Positions 1 to 8,384 of a DNA stretch of 39,327 bases are shown in pieces. The notes under the pieces were generated by a model. That model saw only the letters and a list, made by a program, of their open reading frames with translations, was not told the origin of the DNA and did no database searches. Each line of letters starts with the position of its first letter. Position 1 is the stretch's first letter. A program made the translations under genes and the position numbers. The stretch is from a virus (taxonomy: Duplodnaviria; Caudoviricetes), in IMG/VR virus record IMGVR_UViG_3300028587_000017, positions 1-39,327 of that record, one strand, 5' to 3'.

Positions 1-176
1 TGCGCGACCGCATCGGCTGGGAGTCCGACCTCGACTTCTGGTCGCCGTCATGCTCCTACTCGTGGGTCTGGGGCAGGCGCTACGTGACCTACTCGCTCGG
101 CTGGCCGCACAGGCGAGGCCGGGTCGTGGGGAAGAAGATCCGGCTCGGTCGGTTGACGCACAAGGCGCCTCGTTGA
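1..176 (+). CDS. Hypothetical protein, 5'-truncated by window edge
   Basis: Frame from nt 3 reads RDRIGWESDLDFW...KAPR* with GC3-rich codons; TGA at 174-176. Confidence 0.55.
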   Translation, partial: RDRIGWESDLDFWSPSCSYSWVWGRRYVTYSLGWPHRRGRVVGKKIRLGRLTHKAPR

Positions 177-182
177 TATAGA
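153..182 (+). promoter_or_regulatory. Possible sigma70-type promoter
   Basis: TTGACG-N18-TATAGA upstream of gene 245; the -10 lacks the final T. Confidence 0.4.
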
Positions 183-244
183 GGTTGCAGTCACGGCTGC
201 GCGGCGATCAAGGTCCGTCGTGCAAGCGAACGACGGAGGGCCGC

Positions 245-766
245 ATGGCTACCGAGCAGCAGGAGACACCCGTCAAGAACGGGCAGGGAGAGAAGACCGC
301 CCTCGACGCGGAAGCGGAGCGCAAGCGCCTCGCTCGCCTCGACAAGCTGAACGCGCCGCCGGATGGCGAGCACATCCCGATCGGCACGACCAAGAAGGAT
401 GAGCCGAAGCCGCCCGACCCGATGCGAGTCCTGGCGCACCGCGCTGTGGAGATCGCAGAGGCAGGCGGCGCGAAGCTCGGCTCAGCGATCACCGCACCGC
501 AGGCGCAGCTCATCGCCGAGCGCCTGGGCTCCGAGCCCGGCAAGGCGTTCGAGCCCGCGACCCTGCAGCAGCTCCAGCACTACGCGCAGGGCGGCAAGGG
601 CGCCGGGCGCGACGAGATTCCCGGCGAGGCGCTCGCCAAGATCCGTGCCTTCTGCAAGGCAACAGAGTCGCGGCGCATCTGGCCGCGCAAGGTGGCGGCG
701 ATGGTGCTCGCGCTCCACGAGCAGCAGACGGGGCACGTGCGACCGAACACCAAGGCCAAGACCTGA
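245..766 (+). CDS. Hypothetical protein
   Basis: ATG at 245 after GGAGG (235-239); GC3-rich ORF MATEQQETP... Confidence 0.8.
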   Translation: MATEQQETPVKNGQGEKTALDAEAERKRLARLDKLNAPPDGEHIPIGTTKKDEPKPPDPMRVLAHRAVEIAEAGGAKLGSAITAPQAQLIAERLGSEPGKAFEPATLQQLQHYAQGGKGAGRDEIPGEALAKIRAFCKATESRRIWPRKVAAMVLALHEQQTGHVRPNTKAKT

Positions 767-787
767 GAGAGCGAACAAGGAGACGAG

Positions 788-1264
788 ATGGCGAAGGAGA
801 CGCTCGGCGAACTCCGCGAGCGAGTCAAGGAGTGGGCGAAGGACGACCTGGAGTCGTGCGGCCCGGACGGCGACGTCAACGCCCACATGTTGATGTTCAA
901 CGACGGCAAGCTGACGATGGTGTTGATCGACGGCGCCTTCTTCGAGCCGAAGGGGCGGGAGAAACTGCCGATGGTCATCGCGGGCCTGATCGTGGAAAAC
1001 AAGCCGTCGCTGGTTGCGATGGTCTCCTCGGCGTGGACCGCGCCGCCGGGCGAGAGTCGTCCGTCCACGCATCCCAACCGACGCGAGGTCGTGTTCGTGA
1101 TGATCCGCGACCACGAGGCGACGGAGTTCTGGGACGCACCGATCACCCGGCGCGAGAACGAGAGCCCGCTGTTGGGCGACTGGCGCAGGCACCCGCTCGC
1201 GAACGGCGACGGCGCGGTGACTCTCGGGATGGAGGCGGGGTTCCGTGCCATCGCCGGAGCATGA
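788..1264 (+). CDS. Hypothetical phage protein
   Basis: AAGGAG RBS, ATG at 788, good codon bias. Confidence 0.85.
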   Translation: MAKETLGELRERVKEWAKDDLESCGPDGDVNAHMLMFNDGKLTMVLIDGAFFEPKGREKLPMVIAGLIVENKPSLVAMVSSAWTAPPGESRPSTHPNRREVVFVMIRDHEATEFWDAPITRRENESPLLGDWRRHPLANGDGAVTLGMEAGFRAIAGA

Positions 1265-1490
1265 ATGGATCGCCATCGCGATGTACCACGTGGACGAGGA
1301 GTCACTCGCCCGGGGCGTGGCGATTGGCTTGTTGCACGACAACCTGTTGACGGTCGAGGTCGGGTGCCTGCGCTGCGAAGCGGCGTACCCGGCGTCGAAG
1401 CCGTGCGTCGAGAACTACGACGGCGTGACCAAGGCCTACCTGCGCGAGCACGGCAAGCGCCACGCCAAGTTCACGACGCGCCCGCTCTGA
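1245..1490 (+). CDS. Small Cys-containing hypothetical protein
   Basis: GTG start after GGAGG; CLRC...C motif; short overlap with the previous gene. Confidence 0.65.
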   Translation: MPSPEHEWIAIAMYHVDEESLARGVAIGLLHDNLLTVEVGCLRCEAAYPASKPCVENYDGVTKAYLREHGKRHAKFTTRPL

Positions 1491-1576
1491 CACACGAGGA
1501 AGCACGATAGGTGCAGTGGCGTTCATGCTCCGTATGTGAGAGCACGCGGTCCCATCGACCGCAGAAAGGAGACGTA

Positions 1577-1969
1577 GTGTCCGACGAAGAGGAACTGCCG
1601 CCGGACCCCGACGACGACCCGACGCTACTGGCGGCGGTGAGCTTCTGGCAGCGGCAGCGAGAGGAGAACGGCCTTGAGCCCGAGCAGTCGCTCCCCGTGC
1701 TGCTCGACGCCCTCATCGGGATGATCCAGGGCTACCAGTCGATCTACAAGCAGGGCGAGCTGGACGCCGAGGATCGCTTCAAGGTGATCGCGATCTCCGA
1801 GATGGTCGCCGCGCTCGCGTTGGCGAAGATGACCGAGCAGCAGCGCGGCATGATGCAAGGCCCGATCGTGCTCGGCCCGTTCGGCCCCGACGAGATTCCC
1901 GAGAACCCGATCGAGTTCCTACGCAAGCTGTTCGGCGAACAGGAGCCGAGCGACGAGGAGAAGAAGTGA
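1577..1969 (+). CDS. Hypothetical acidic protein
   Basis: AAGGAG RBS at 1566-1571, GTG at 1577 (start moved from ORF-track 1511). Confidence 0.8.
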   Translation: MSDEEELPPDPDDDPTLLAAVSFWQRQREENGLEPEQSLPVLLDALIGMIQGYQSIYKQGELDAEDRFKVIAISEMVAALALAKMTEQQRGMMQGPIVLGPFGPDEIPENPIEFLRKLFGEQEPSDEEKK

Positions 1970-2154
1970 GGCTGTCGCAGCAGGAGTGGGAGCGGCGCGC
2001 TGCCGAGTCGCAGCGTGCCGCTGACGCTCGCCGGATCAAGCAGTTCAACCGCGTGGAGCGCCGCGAACGTGTCGAATGGTCGCGAGTATTCGTGGCGTTC
2101 CTGGCCATCGTGGTTGCGGCCGTGATCGTTATCCGCATCGTGGCCGCGATCTGA
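1966..2154 (+). CDS. Small membrane protein (single C-terminal TM helix)
   Basis: GTGA overlap; VFVAFLAIVVAAVIVIRIVAAI hydrophobic tail. Confidence 0.75.
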   Translation: MRLSQQEWERRAAESQRAADARRIKQFNRVERRERVEWSRVFVAFLAIVVAAVIVIRIVAAI

Positions 2155-2180
2155 TCTTGGGCGACCAGCGCAAACCCCCC

Positions 2181-2420
2181 GTGAGCGTGACCGTAGCGAG
2201 GTCTGCTCTGCGGGCGGTTGGCGGTCTGGTCGTACAGGCCGACCTCGCCCGTCGTTGGGGAGTGTCGCGCTCGACTGTGTGGGCATGGTCGAAGCTCGAC
2301 AGCTTCCCGGCGACGGTTGGTCGGTTCGGGCGGTCGGACGTTTACCTACTCGCCGAGTGCGAGTGGTGGCACCGACGGCACAAAGGAGACCATCCCCAAT
2401 CTGCCACAGAGAGGGGGTGA
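2181..2420 (+). CDS. AlpA/excisionase-like helix-turn-helix DNA-binding protein
   Basis: QADLARRWGVSRSTVWAW...FP...GR..VYLLAECEWW matches the AlpA/Xis HTH pattern; start uncertain. Confidence 0.7.
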   Translation: MSVTVARSALRAVGGLVVQADLARRWGVSRSTVWAWSKLDSFPATVGRFGRSDVYLLAECEWWHRRHKGDHPQSATERG

Positions 2421-2433
2421 GTAGGAGGTGCAA

Positions 2434-3984
2434 GTGGCTAATAAGGCAGTGCAGCGCAAGGACAGGAAGGGCTCCTCGAACGTGGGGATCGCCGTCGCGC
2501 CCGAGAAGACCGAGCAGCAGGTGTTGGAGGACAACCTGCTCGACACGCTCGCGGCGTTGGGCGGCCAGCGGATCACGGACGACTCGCTGATCCAGCAGGG
2601 CAACCAGCTGGTGCTCCCCGCCACCATGTCGCCGGTCGACGCGATTCGGTACCTGGAGGACCACATCGAGCAGCAGGAGGAGGAGACCCGCTTCACGCGG
2701 ACGTACAAGTTCCGTCCCTGGGACGGTGCGTCCGCCGTGCAGAAGTCCCTCATCAAGGTGTTCGGCACGGCCGGGATCGGCAAGCCGACCTGGACGTTCT
2801 TCGGCAAGAAGCCGCCGGAGATGCGCGCCATCAACGTCGGCCCGACCGAGACCATGCAGGTCCCGTGGGGGCAGTTGGCCGTCCCGCTGTTCGGGGGCAA
2901 GATGTTCCTCGGCGTGTCCGAGGACAACGAGCTGGGCCAGCTGTTCGTCCTGACCGTCGACGCGCCCCGGAAGTACCGGGCGCACATCGAGGGCCTCTTC
3001 CGGGTCGTCCAGCAGACGCTGGAGTCGGAGTCGATCTACAAGGGCCAGGCGATCGACGGGCAGGAGGACGCGGAGTTCCTCGACCTGTCGGGCGTCGACC
3101 CGCGCAAGGTCGTCTACTCGGACGAGGTGCTCGCGCAGTTGGACGCGAACCTCTGGTCGGTCATCAGGCACACGGACGTCATGCGCAGGATGAACATCCC
3201 GCGCAAGCGCGCCGTGTTGCTGGAGGGGCCGTACGGCACGGGCAAGACGCTCGGCGCGTTCCTCACCGCGCAGGTCGCGGTGCCGAACGGCTGGACGTTC
3301 ATCTACTGCCGTCCGACCCGGGACTCGCTGGCGACCGTCATGGCGACGGCGAGGCTCTACCAGCCCGCGATCGTGTTCTTCGAGGACGTGGACATCCTCG
3401 CGGAGTCGGGCGACCGCGACGCCGTGGCCCGGCTGCTCGACCTGTTCGACGGCATCACGGCGAAGGGCACCGAGCTGATGCTGGTGCTCACGACGAACCA
3501 CAAGGAGCGCATCCACCGGGGCATGGTGCGCCCCGGCCGCCTCGACGCGATGATCCACATCGGGGCGCTCGACCTGTCGGGCATCACCCGCATGATCGAG
3601 GCGACGGCGCCCCAGGGCACGCTCGACGAGGACATCGACTACGAGGCCGTGTACGAGGCCATGGAGGGCTTCCTCCCGGCGTTCGTGAAGGAGGCGATCG
3701 ACCGGACCCTGCGCTACGCGATCTCCCGCTCGGAGGGCGAGGTCGAGGACCTGATGCTGACGACCGAGGACTTCGTGCTCGCGGCGTCGGGGTTGCGTCC
3801 CCAGCTCGACCTGATGAACGGCGCCGGGGAGGGCAAGATCCCCGACCCGCTCGGGACGGCGATGCGGCACGAGATGCGCCGCGCCGTGGACGGCGTGGAC
3901 ATCAAGGAGCTGGACGGCGCCACGGTCTTCCGCACGAAGACCGAGAACGGCGGCTCCGACTCGCTCAAGAAGGTCGAGGGCTAG
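2434..3984 (+). CDS. AAA+ ATPase (classical AAA clade)
   Basis: Walker A GPYGTGKT, Walker B IVFFEDVD, sensor/SRH LTTNH...MVRPGRLD; AGGAGG RBS at 2423-2428 favours GTG 2434. Confidence 0.92.
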   Translation: MANKAVQRKDRKGSSNVGIAVAPEKTEQQVLEDNLLDTLAALGGQRITDDSLIQQGNQLVLPATMSPVDAIRYLEDHIEQQEEETRFTRTYKFRPWDGASAVQKSLIKVFGTAGIGKPTWTFFGKKPPEMRAINVGPTETMQVPWGQLAVPLFGGKMFLGVSEDNELGQLFVLTVDAPRKYRAHIEGLFRVVQQTLESESIYKGQAIDGQEDAEFLDLSGVDPRKVVYSDEVLAQLDANLWSVIRHTDVMRRMNIPRKRAVLLEGPYGTGKTLGAFLTAQVAVPNGWTFIYCRPTRDSLATVMATARLYQPAIVFFEDVDILAESGDRDAVARLLDLFDGITAKGTELMLVLTTNHKERIHRGMVRPGRLDAMIHIGALDLSGITRMIEATAPQGTLDEDIDYEAVYEAMEGFLPAFVKEAIDRTLRYAISRSEGEVEDLMLTTEDFVLAASGLRPQLDLMNGAGEGKIPDPLGTAMRHEMRRAVDGVDIKELDGATVFRTKTENGGSDSLKKVEG

Positions 3985-4033
3985 AACTCCCCAGGACACG
4001 CGCCGGGGCTTCGGCCCCGGCGCGGGAGTTCTA
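3982..4033 (+). terminator. GC-rich stem-loop after the AAA ATPase gene, probable intrinsic terminator
   Basis: CGCGCCGGGGC-TTCG-GCCCCGGCGCG (3999-4024, cUUCGg tetraloop) with outer arms TAGAACTCC/GGAGTTCTA; no U-tract. Confidence 0.7.
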
Positions 4034-4042
4034 CGGGAACGG

Positions 4043-4072
4043 TAGACATTGAGGCATAGCGGGCGTCACAAT
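4043..4072 (+). promoter_or_regulatory. Putative sigma70-type promoter
   Basis: TAGACA-N18-CACAAT directly after the terminator and before the RBS of gene 4102. Confidence 0.6.
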
Positions 4073-4101
4073 CCTTGCGAGAGAGCAAGCAAGGAGGCCC
4101 A

Positions 4102-4422
4102 TTGAGACCATGGTTGATCGTCGTCTGGGAACGGTCATTCGTTACAGAGGACGAAGCCGACGTTGCCTATGAGCGTGTCGGCGAGTGGCTGCAGGCGCCG
4201 CTACTCGCCGACAGGCTTGATGGGAACACGATCCGGGTCTACCTCGACACGCGCCAGTTGGAGAGCTGGAGCCAGATCGTGGAGACCGAGTACGAGCCGC
4301 CGACCATCGTGTCGGTGTGCGAGTGCGGGCACATCGCTGCCTCGCACAATCTGGACGGCGAGTGCCGTGCGTGCCGTACGTGCAACGGCTTCGCCACTGA
4401 CCACAAGGAGCAACGCCGATGA
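4102..4422 (+). CDS. Hypothetical protein with C-terminal Zn-finger
   Basis: AGGAGG RBS then TTG at 4102; CECGH...H....CRACRTC motif. Confidence 0.75.
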   Translation: MRPWLIVVWERSFVTEDEADVAYERVGEWLQAPLLADRLDGNTIRVYLDTRQLESWSQIVETEYEPPTIVSVCECGHIAASHNLDGECRACRTCNGFATDHKEQRR

Positions 4423-4781
4423 GCGACCCCCGTGACCGCATCTCGGGCTTCATCAGGGAGAACGACGACGATGACCCGCGTCTGGAGCGGTACAACCTGC
4501 TGCGTCGCGCTGCCGAGGCCGCCCAGGAGGTGCTGCGCGAGGGCGGTGACGAGGACATCGAGGTCTGGTTGATCTCCCGCTCCAAGTACCGCGAGCAGGT
4601 CGGCACCGAGACCCATCAGCGAGAGATCGTCAACACGTGGGCGAGCGACTACCAGAACCAGCTGACGGCGCTCGACGTGCTCGCCGACATGACTCGCGGC
4701 ACCTTCCTGGCCATGAACGCCTGGGCAGGCGAGCAGGGCCAGCGCCTCGGGGTGGACTTCACGAAGTCGAGGTACACGTGA
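4419..4781 (+). CDS. Hypothetical protein
   Basis: ATGA overlap, AAGGAG RBS, good codon bias. Confidence 0.8.
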   Translation: MSDPRDRISGFIRENDDDDPRLERYNLLRRAAEAAQEVLREGGDEDIEVWLISRSKYREQVGTETHQREIVNTWASDYQNQLTALDVLADMTRGTFLAMNAWAGEQGQRLGVDFTKSRYT

Positions 4782-4966
4782 TCGAGCCGAACCGTTCGCC
4801 GAAGTACGAGCCCGACCTGCGCGAGAAGGCCGGAAGGTTGTACGCGCAACATGGCACGCTCGCGGCCGTGGCTGCCGAGATGGGCATCACCCGCGCCCGT
4901 GCCGCCATCTTGGTGCACGAGTCGGGCGTGAAGGTGAACCCGCCGGGTCGTCCTCGTGCCCATTGA
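4778..4966 (+). CDS. Small helix-turn-helix DNA-binding protein
   Basis: GTGA overlap; LY...GTLAAVAAEMGITRARAAILV...GV...PGRP HTH pattern. Confidence 0.75.
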   Translation: MIEPNRSPKYEPDLREKAGRLYAQHGTLAAVAAEMGITRARAAILVHESGVKVNPPGRPRAH

Positions 4967-5225
4967 GAGCTTCGCCCGGCAGGACGGTACGACGCTGTGG
5001 ATCGTCCACTCGCACGACGGCTCGGTGAAGGAGCTGATCGGCGTGGGCCTTGCGTGGCTGCCTGCGATCTGTCGAATCTGCGGGAGGGATCATCGTGAAC
5101 TCGGGGAGCCGAGGTGGACGCACCGCGTCCCTGGCCCAGGCCCAAGAGATGTTCCGAAAGTGGAAGCCCGAGGAGTACGGGTGGCTCAAGGCCCGCATCC
5201 TCCTGATCGCCCGTCAGAAAGGTGA
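4956..5225 (+). CDS. Hypothetical protein (CxxC...H)
   Basis: GTG start overlapping the previous stop; 5' half has good codons, 3' part overlaps the next gene by about 130 nt. Confidence 0.45.
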   Translation: MPIESFARQDGTTLWIVHSHDGSVKELIGVGLAWLPAICRICGRDHRELGEPRWTHRVPGPGPRDVPKVEARGVRVAQGPHPPDRPSER

Positions 5226-5766
5226 GTTCCACGGCGATCATCTGGAGGGCACGGAGTTGACCGAGCGGTCGATCATCGGGGCGACGGTCAACGCGCTGGT
5301 GCGCGCTGGACTGATCCGCTCGACCGGCGAGCATCGACGCTCGCGCACCGCTGCCGGTCACGCGAGGCGCAGCTACGTCTACGTCCTCACGGAGTACGGA
5401 GAGAGCGTTCTGGTGCAGCTCCCGCGCATCCCGCGTGAGGAGCTGCCGGTGCGCCCTGAGAACGTCCGCTCCGTCGACGAGGGCAAGCGGAAGAAGTCGC
5501 GCCGCAAGATCATCCGAGGCGACCACGCGCTGTTCGAGGGCGAGCAGGGCTACGACGCCCCGACCGTGCCCGTGGAGCCCGACGAGCAGGACGTGGCGGC
5601 TCGCCACGCTCGGCCGATCGACATGGCGGAGTTCCTCGCTGGCATCGCCGCGTGGGAGCCGTACATGACGGACGAGGATCGAGCCATCGAAGCGGAGCGG
5701 CTGCGCACGTCGCCGTTCTTGAACCGCGATGCGTTCCACGAGGGCCTCTCGTGGGATGCCGAGTAG
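5095..5766 (+). CDS. Winged-helix DNA-binding protein (putative)
   Basis: GGAGG RBS then GTG 5095; IGATVNALVRAGLIRSTG...RRSYVYVLTEYG resembles a wHTH recognition helix plus wing. Confidence 0.7.
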   Translation: MNSGSRGGRTASLAQAQEMFRKWKPEEYGWLKARILLIARQKGEFHGDHLEGTELTERSIIGATVNALVRAGLIRSTGEHRRSRTAAGHARRSYVYVLTEYGESVLVQLPRIPREELPVRPENVRSVDEGKRKKSRRKIIRGDHALFEGEQGYDAPTVPVEPDEQDVAARHARPIDMAEFLAGIAAWEPYMTDEDRAIEAERLRTSPFLNRDAFHEGLSWDAE

Positions 5767-5777
5767 GAGGCAACAGA

Positions 5778-6080
5778 GTGCCCAAGAAGGTGGAGCTGCC
5801 GAAGATTCACGGCGGCGAGGTGAAGTGGGACCGGGCCGGGCGCTTGATCGCCGACCCGAAGGAGACCGACACGAGGCGCAAGCAGGCCCGCTCACGGGCG
5901 CGGGGCACGATCGGCCGCGTGCGCGAGGCCGAGAAGTTCCTGGAGGACATCGAGGGCGAGACGGGCTGCTGCCAGATCGCCGAGAAGTTCTCCGTCCACT
6001 TCCCCGATTTCTTCACGGGGGACTGCTGCGAGCGCCACGCCTGCGCCGTGCTGATGAAGGCCGCTGCGGGCCAGTCGTAG
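5778..6080 (+). CDS. Hypothetical protein, Cys-rich C-terminus
   Basis: AGGAGG RBS, GTG 5778; CC...CCERHAC. Confidence 0.75.
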   Translation: MPKKVELPKIHGGEVKWDRAGRLIADPKETDTRRKQARSRARGTIGRVREAEKFLEDIEGETGCCQIAEKFSVHFPDFFTGDCCERHACAVLMKAAAGQS

Positions 6081-6127
6081 GACGGGGTCCCTTGTCTAAC
6101 AGTTCCTCGCTATTTGCGACGTGGTGC

Positions 6128-6157
6128 TTGACTTTCAGGCCGTTAGGCCTGTAACAT
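6128..6157 (+). promoter_or_regulatory. Putative promoter of the replication/recombination operon with a palindrome in the spacer
   Basis: TTGACT-N18-TAACAT; spacer contains CAGGCC-GTTA-GGCCTG (6136-6151). Confidence 0.65.
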
Positions 6158-6266
6158 CAACACCAGTAACCCGGCCGTTGACAAGGGCTCTAGATGGGAG
6201 AAAGGAAATAGAGAAGGCTCATTTCTCCATCTATATCTCCTTTCTACCAGAGGACCACCTGCTCCG

Positions 6267-6722
6267 ATGCCAACGTATACAGTCACCCTTGTCTCAGACC
6301 AAGTTCGGGACTGGAACTCGACGAAGGGCGGCCCGATGAAGGGCTACCGAGTCGATCTACAGGACGCCTCGGGGCAGGTGGTTCGCAACTGCGAGTGGTC
6401 GAGGAAGCCGGAGTCCCCGGCACCGCAGGTCGGGCAGTCCGTCGAAGGAGACATTGATCTTGAGGCGCAGTACGGCCCCAAGTTCAAGCTGGCCCAGGGC
6501 GCAGGCTTCGGGGGAGGTGGCAGTCGAGCGCGTCCTCCCGAGGAGCGCCGCTCGATCGCCATGCAGCACGCCCAGAAGTGCGCGGTGACGATCCTCGAAG
6601 TCGCAGCGGCCCACGGCGAGTACCACCCGCCCAGCGCGGGCGACGTGGCCGCGCAGGTCAAGCTCGTCGCCGCGACCCTGTTCAAGCAGGTCCAAGAAGC
6701 CGAAGGAGGCGCCACGCAGTGA
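6267..6722 (+). CDS. Putative single-stranded DNA-binding protein (OB-fold-like N-terminus)
   Basis: Beta-rich N-terminus, Gly-rich linker GAGFGGGGS, then SIAMQHAQKCAV helix as in phage SSB-like families; first gene of the replication cluster. Confidence 0.5.
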   Translation: MPTYTVTLVSDQVRDWNSTKGGPMKGYRVDLQDASGQVVRNCEWSRKPESPAPQVGQSVEGDIDLEAQYGPKFKLAQGAGFGGGGSRARPPEERRSIAMQHAQKCAVTILEVAAAHGEYHPPSAGDVAAQVKLVAATLFKQVQEAEGGATQ

Positions 6723-7087
6723 ACACCATCACCACGAACGACGTGACCCGGAAGGGCTCGATCGAGGACGCCATCGCGCAGTCCCAGGACACGCCCGCCG
6801 TCGAGGCCGTCAAGCGCCAGGTCGGTGCAGAGCGCAGGCCGACGAAGTACCTCGTCGTGCAGGTCGTCGGCGAGCGCACCGACGAGGACGAGCTTCTCCG
6901 CGTCATCGGCACCTACGAGGTCATCGGTGGACAGCCTGCCGCTCGGGCTGCCGCGATCGCGGACAACGAGCAGCTCCGCGCTGCGGTCCTCGCGGGCGGC
7001 GAGCACATGCCGACGCTGGCCGCCATCGCCAACTTCAACCCCGTCCAGCCCCGGCTGGAGAACCGGGAGCCCAAGATCGTCGCATGA
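6719..7087 (+). CDS. Hypothetical protein
   Basis: AGGAGG RBS, GTGA overlap. Confidence 0.8.
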   Translation: MNTITTNDVTRKGSIEDAIAQSQDTPAVEAVKRQVGAERRPTKYLVVQVVGERTDEDELLRVIGTYEVIGGQPAARAAAIADNEQLRAAVLAGGEHMPTLAAIANFNPVQPRLENREPKIVA

Positions 7088-7416
7088 CCCAACTCGACCG
7101 TGGCATTGACTCCCGCCCCGTGTGGGAGATCAGCAAGGAAGTGCGCGGCAAGCGCAAGCTCCTGCGAGAGGCCATGGCGAGCGGCCAGATCGACCCCTAC
7201 CGCGTGCTGCGCGGCGAGGCCGATCCGGTGATCGAAGAACTGGCAGGCGAGATGCGCCTGCGCCAGATCCTGCGCTTCGTGCCGGGCATCGGCTCCTCGT
7301 TGACCTTCGAGATCATCGCGGCGTTCGACTGCTCGGCCGAGGCGAAGCTCGGGAGGCTCACCAAGGAGCGTCGCCAGCAACTCGCCGATCTGACGAAGGG
7401 CGCAGCGGTCTCGTGA
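7084..7416 (+). CDS. mihF: Actinobacterial integration host factor (mIHF/sIHF)-like H2TH protein
   Basis: R.KR..LR..MASG...MRLRQILRFVPGIG.....EII......AKLGRLTKERRQQL parallels mIHF MKVSALLEALPKVG...EIM...RRLRGLGDRQRKAL. Confidence 0.8.
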   Translation: MTQLDRGIDSRPVWEISKEVRGKRKLLREAMASGQIDPYRVLRGEADPVIEELAGEMRLRQILRFVPGIGSSLTFEIIAAFDCSAEAKLGRLTKERRQQLADLTKGAAVS

Positions 7417-7730
7417 CCGAGATGGAGACGATCATCCGCGAGCGGCACGCCGAGATGTTGCGCTCGGCCTACCTGTTCGCTCGCGGCGAACGCCTCGCAG
7501 AGCTACGTGGGCAGCGCTACCACAAGTACGACGGGCGAGGCCTGCACACCCTCTCGATGATCTGGGGCGAGGTGCAGGCGTGCGAGCTGCTGGTCCCCGG
7601 GCTGGTCTCGCCGTCCCCGGTCGAGATTCGACAGCGGGCGCAGGCCGAGGCGCGCTCCATGTTCATCCGAGAGGTCATCACACAGTCCACAGAGGAGGCT
7701 GGCAATGCGCAGGAACCCATGGCGGGATGA
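7413..7730 (+). CDS. Hypothetical protein
   Basis: GTGA overlap at 7413, good codon bias. Confidence 0.7.
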   Translation: MTEMETIIRERHAEMLRSAYLFARGERLAELRGQRYHKYDGRGLHTLSMIWGEVQACELLVPGLVSPSPVEIRQRAQAEARSMFIREVITQSTEEAGNAQEPMAG

Positions 7731-7998
7731 CACCCACGTGATGTGGGACGTCGTGCTGGTGCACGGCCCGTTCGACGGCGACGACGGCTGCATCGAGGAG
7801 CTGGTGGAGCGCATGTGGGTGTGCATGTGCCAGCGCTGCGGCAGGCACGTCGCCTGGCACTTCAACCCCGCGCCGGGCACCGAGTGCTACGTCCGGGACT
7901 CGGTGAACGAGAAGACCCACGCGGCGACGTACGTGTGGGGCGGCGCGACCCTCCCCGAGTTGGAGCACGAGGAGGAGCGAGAGCTGGTCGCGGCGTGA
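7705..7998 (+). CDS. Hypothetical protein (CxCxxC motif)
   Basis: GAGGAGG RBS, ATG 7705. Confidence 0.75.
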   Translation: MRRNPWRDDTHVMWDVVLVHGPFDGDDGCIEELVERMWVCMCQRCGRHVAWHFNPAPGTECYVRDSVNEKTHAATYVWGGATLPELEHEEERELVAA

Positions 7999-8384
7999 TG
8001 GTACGTCTCGACCTCGACGGCACGCCGCCGTCCTTGAACGCGCTCATGTACCGCAACTGGCGAGTGCACCAGCGCGTGAAGAAACAGTGGCAAGGCCTGT
8101 TCGGCATGGCCCTGCTGGCGAGTCCGCTACCCAAGGTCCACACGCCCGAGATCCCCAGGGCGATCTATGCCAAGGCCGAGATGTGGTTCCCGGCGCGGCG
8201 CAAGCGCGACGAAGGCAACTACCGCTCCATCGTTGAGAAGTGTCTCGGCGACGCCCTCGTTGATGGCAACTACCTGGACGACGACACGCCCGACAAGTTC
8301 CGCTTCGGCGGGCTGGAGATCCATGGCGAGCTGGTCAAGCCGCTCGGTCGTACGGTCGTCGACCTCTTCGTCTCCGATGGTTGA
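7998..8384 (+). CDS. rusA: RusA-like Holliday junction resolvase
   Basis: PPSLN N-terminal motif; RKRDEGN....EK.LGDALV....L.DDD catalytic pattern. Confidence 0.8.
   Translation: MVRLDLDGTPPSLNALMYRNWRVHQRVKKQWQGLFGMALLASPLPKVHTPEIPRAIYAKAEMWFPARRKRDEGNYRSIVEKCLGDALVDGNYLDDDTPDKFRFGGLEIHGELVKPLGRTVVDLFVSDG

Noticed and set aside
2181-2420. Integration/excision module implied by the AlpA/Xis-like HTH
   Set aside because: No integrase or att-like site in the window; lifestyle cannot be determined
1744-3999. 751-aa - strand ORF opposite the AAA ATPase
   Set aside because: Antisense shadow of a GC3-rich gene; no motifs or RBS
6081-6266. DnaA boxes in the candidate origin
   Set aside because: No TT(A/G)TCCACA-like 9-mers found by eye on either strand
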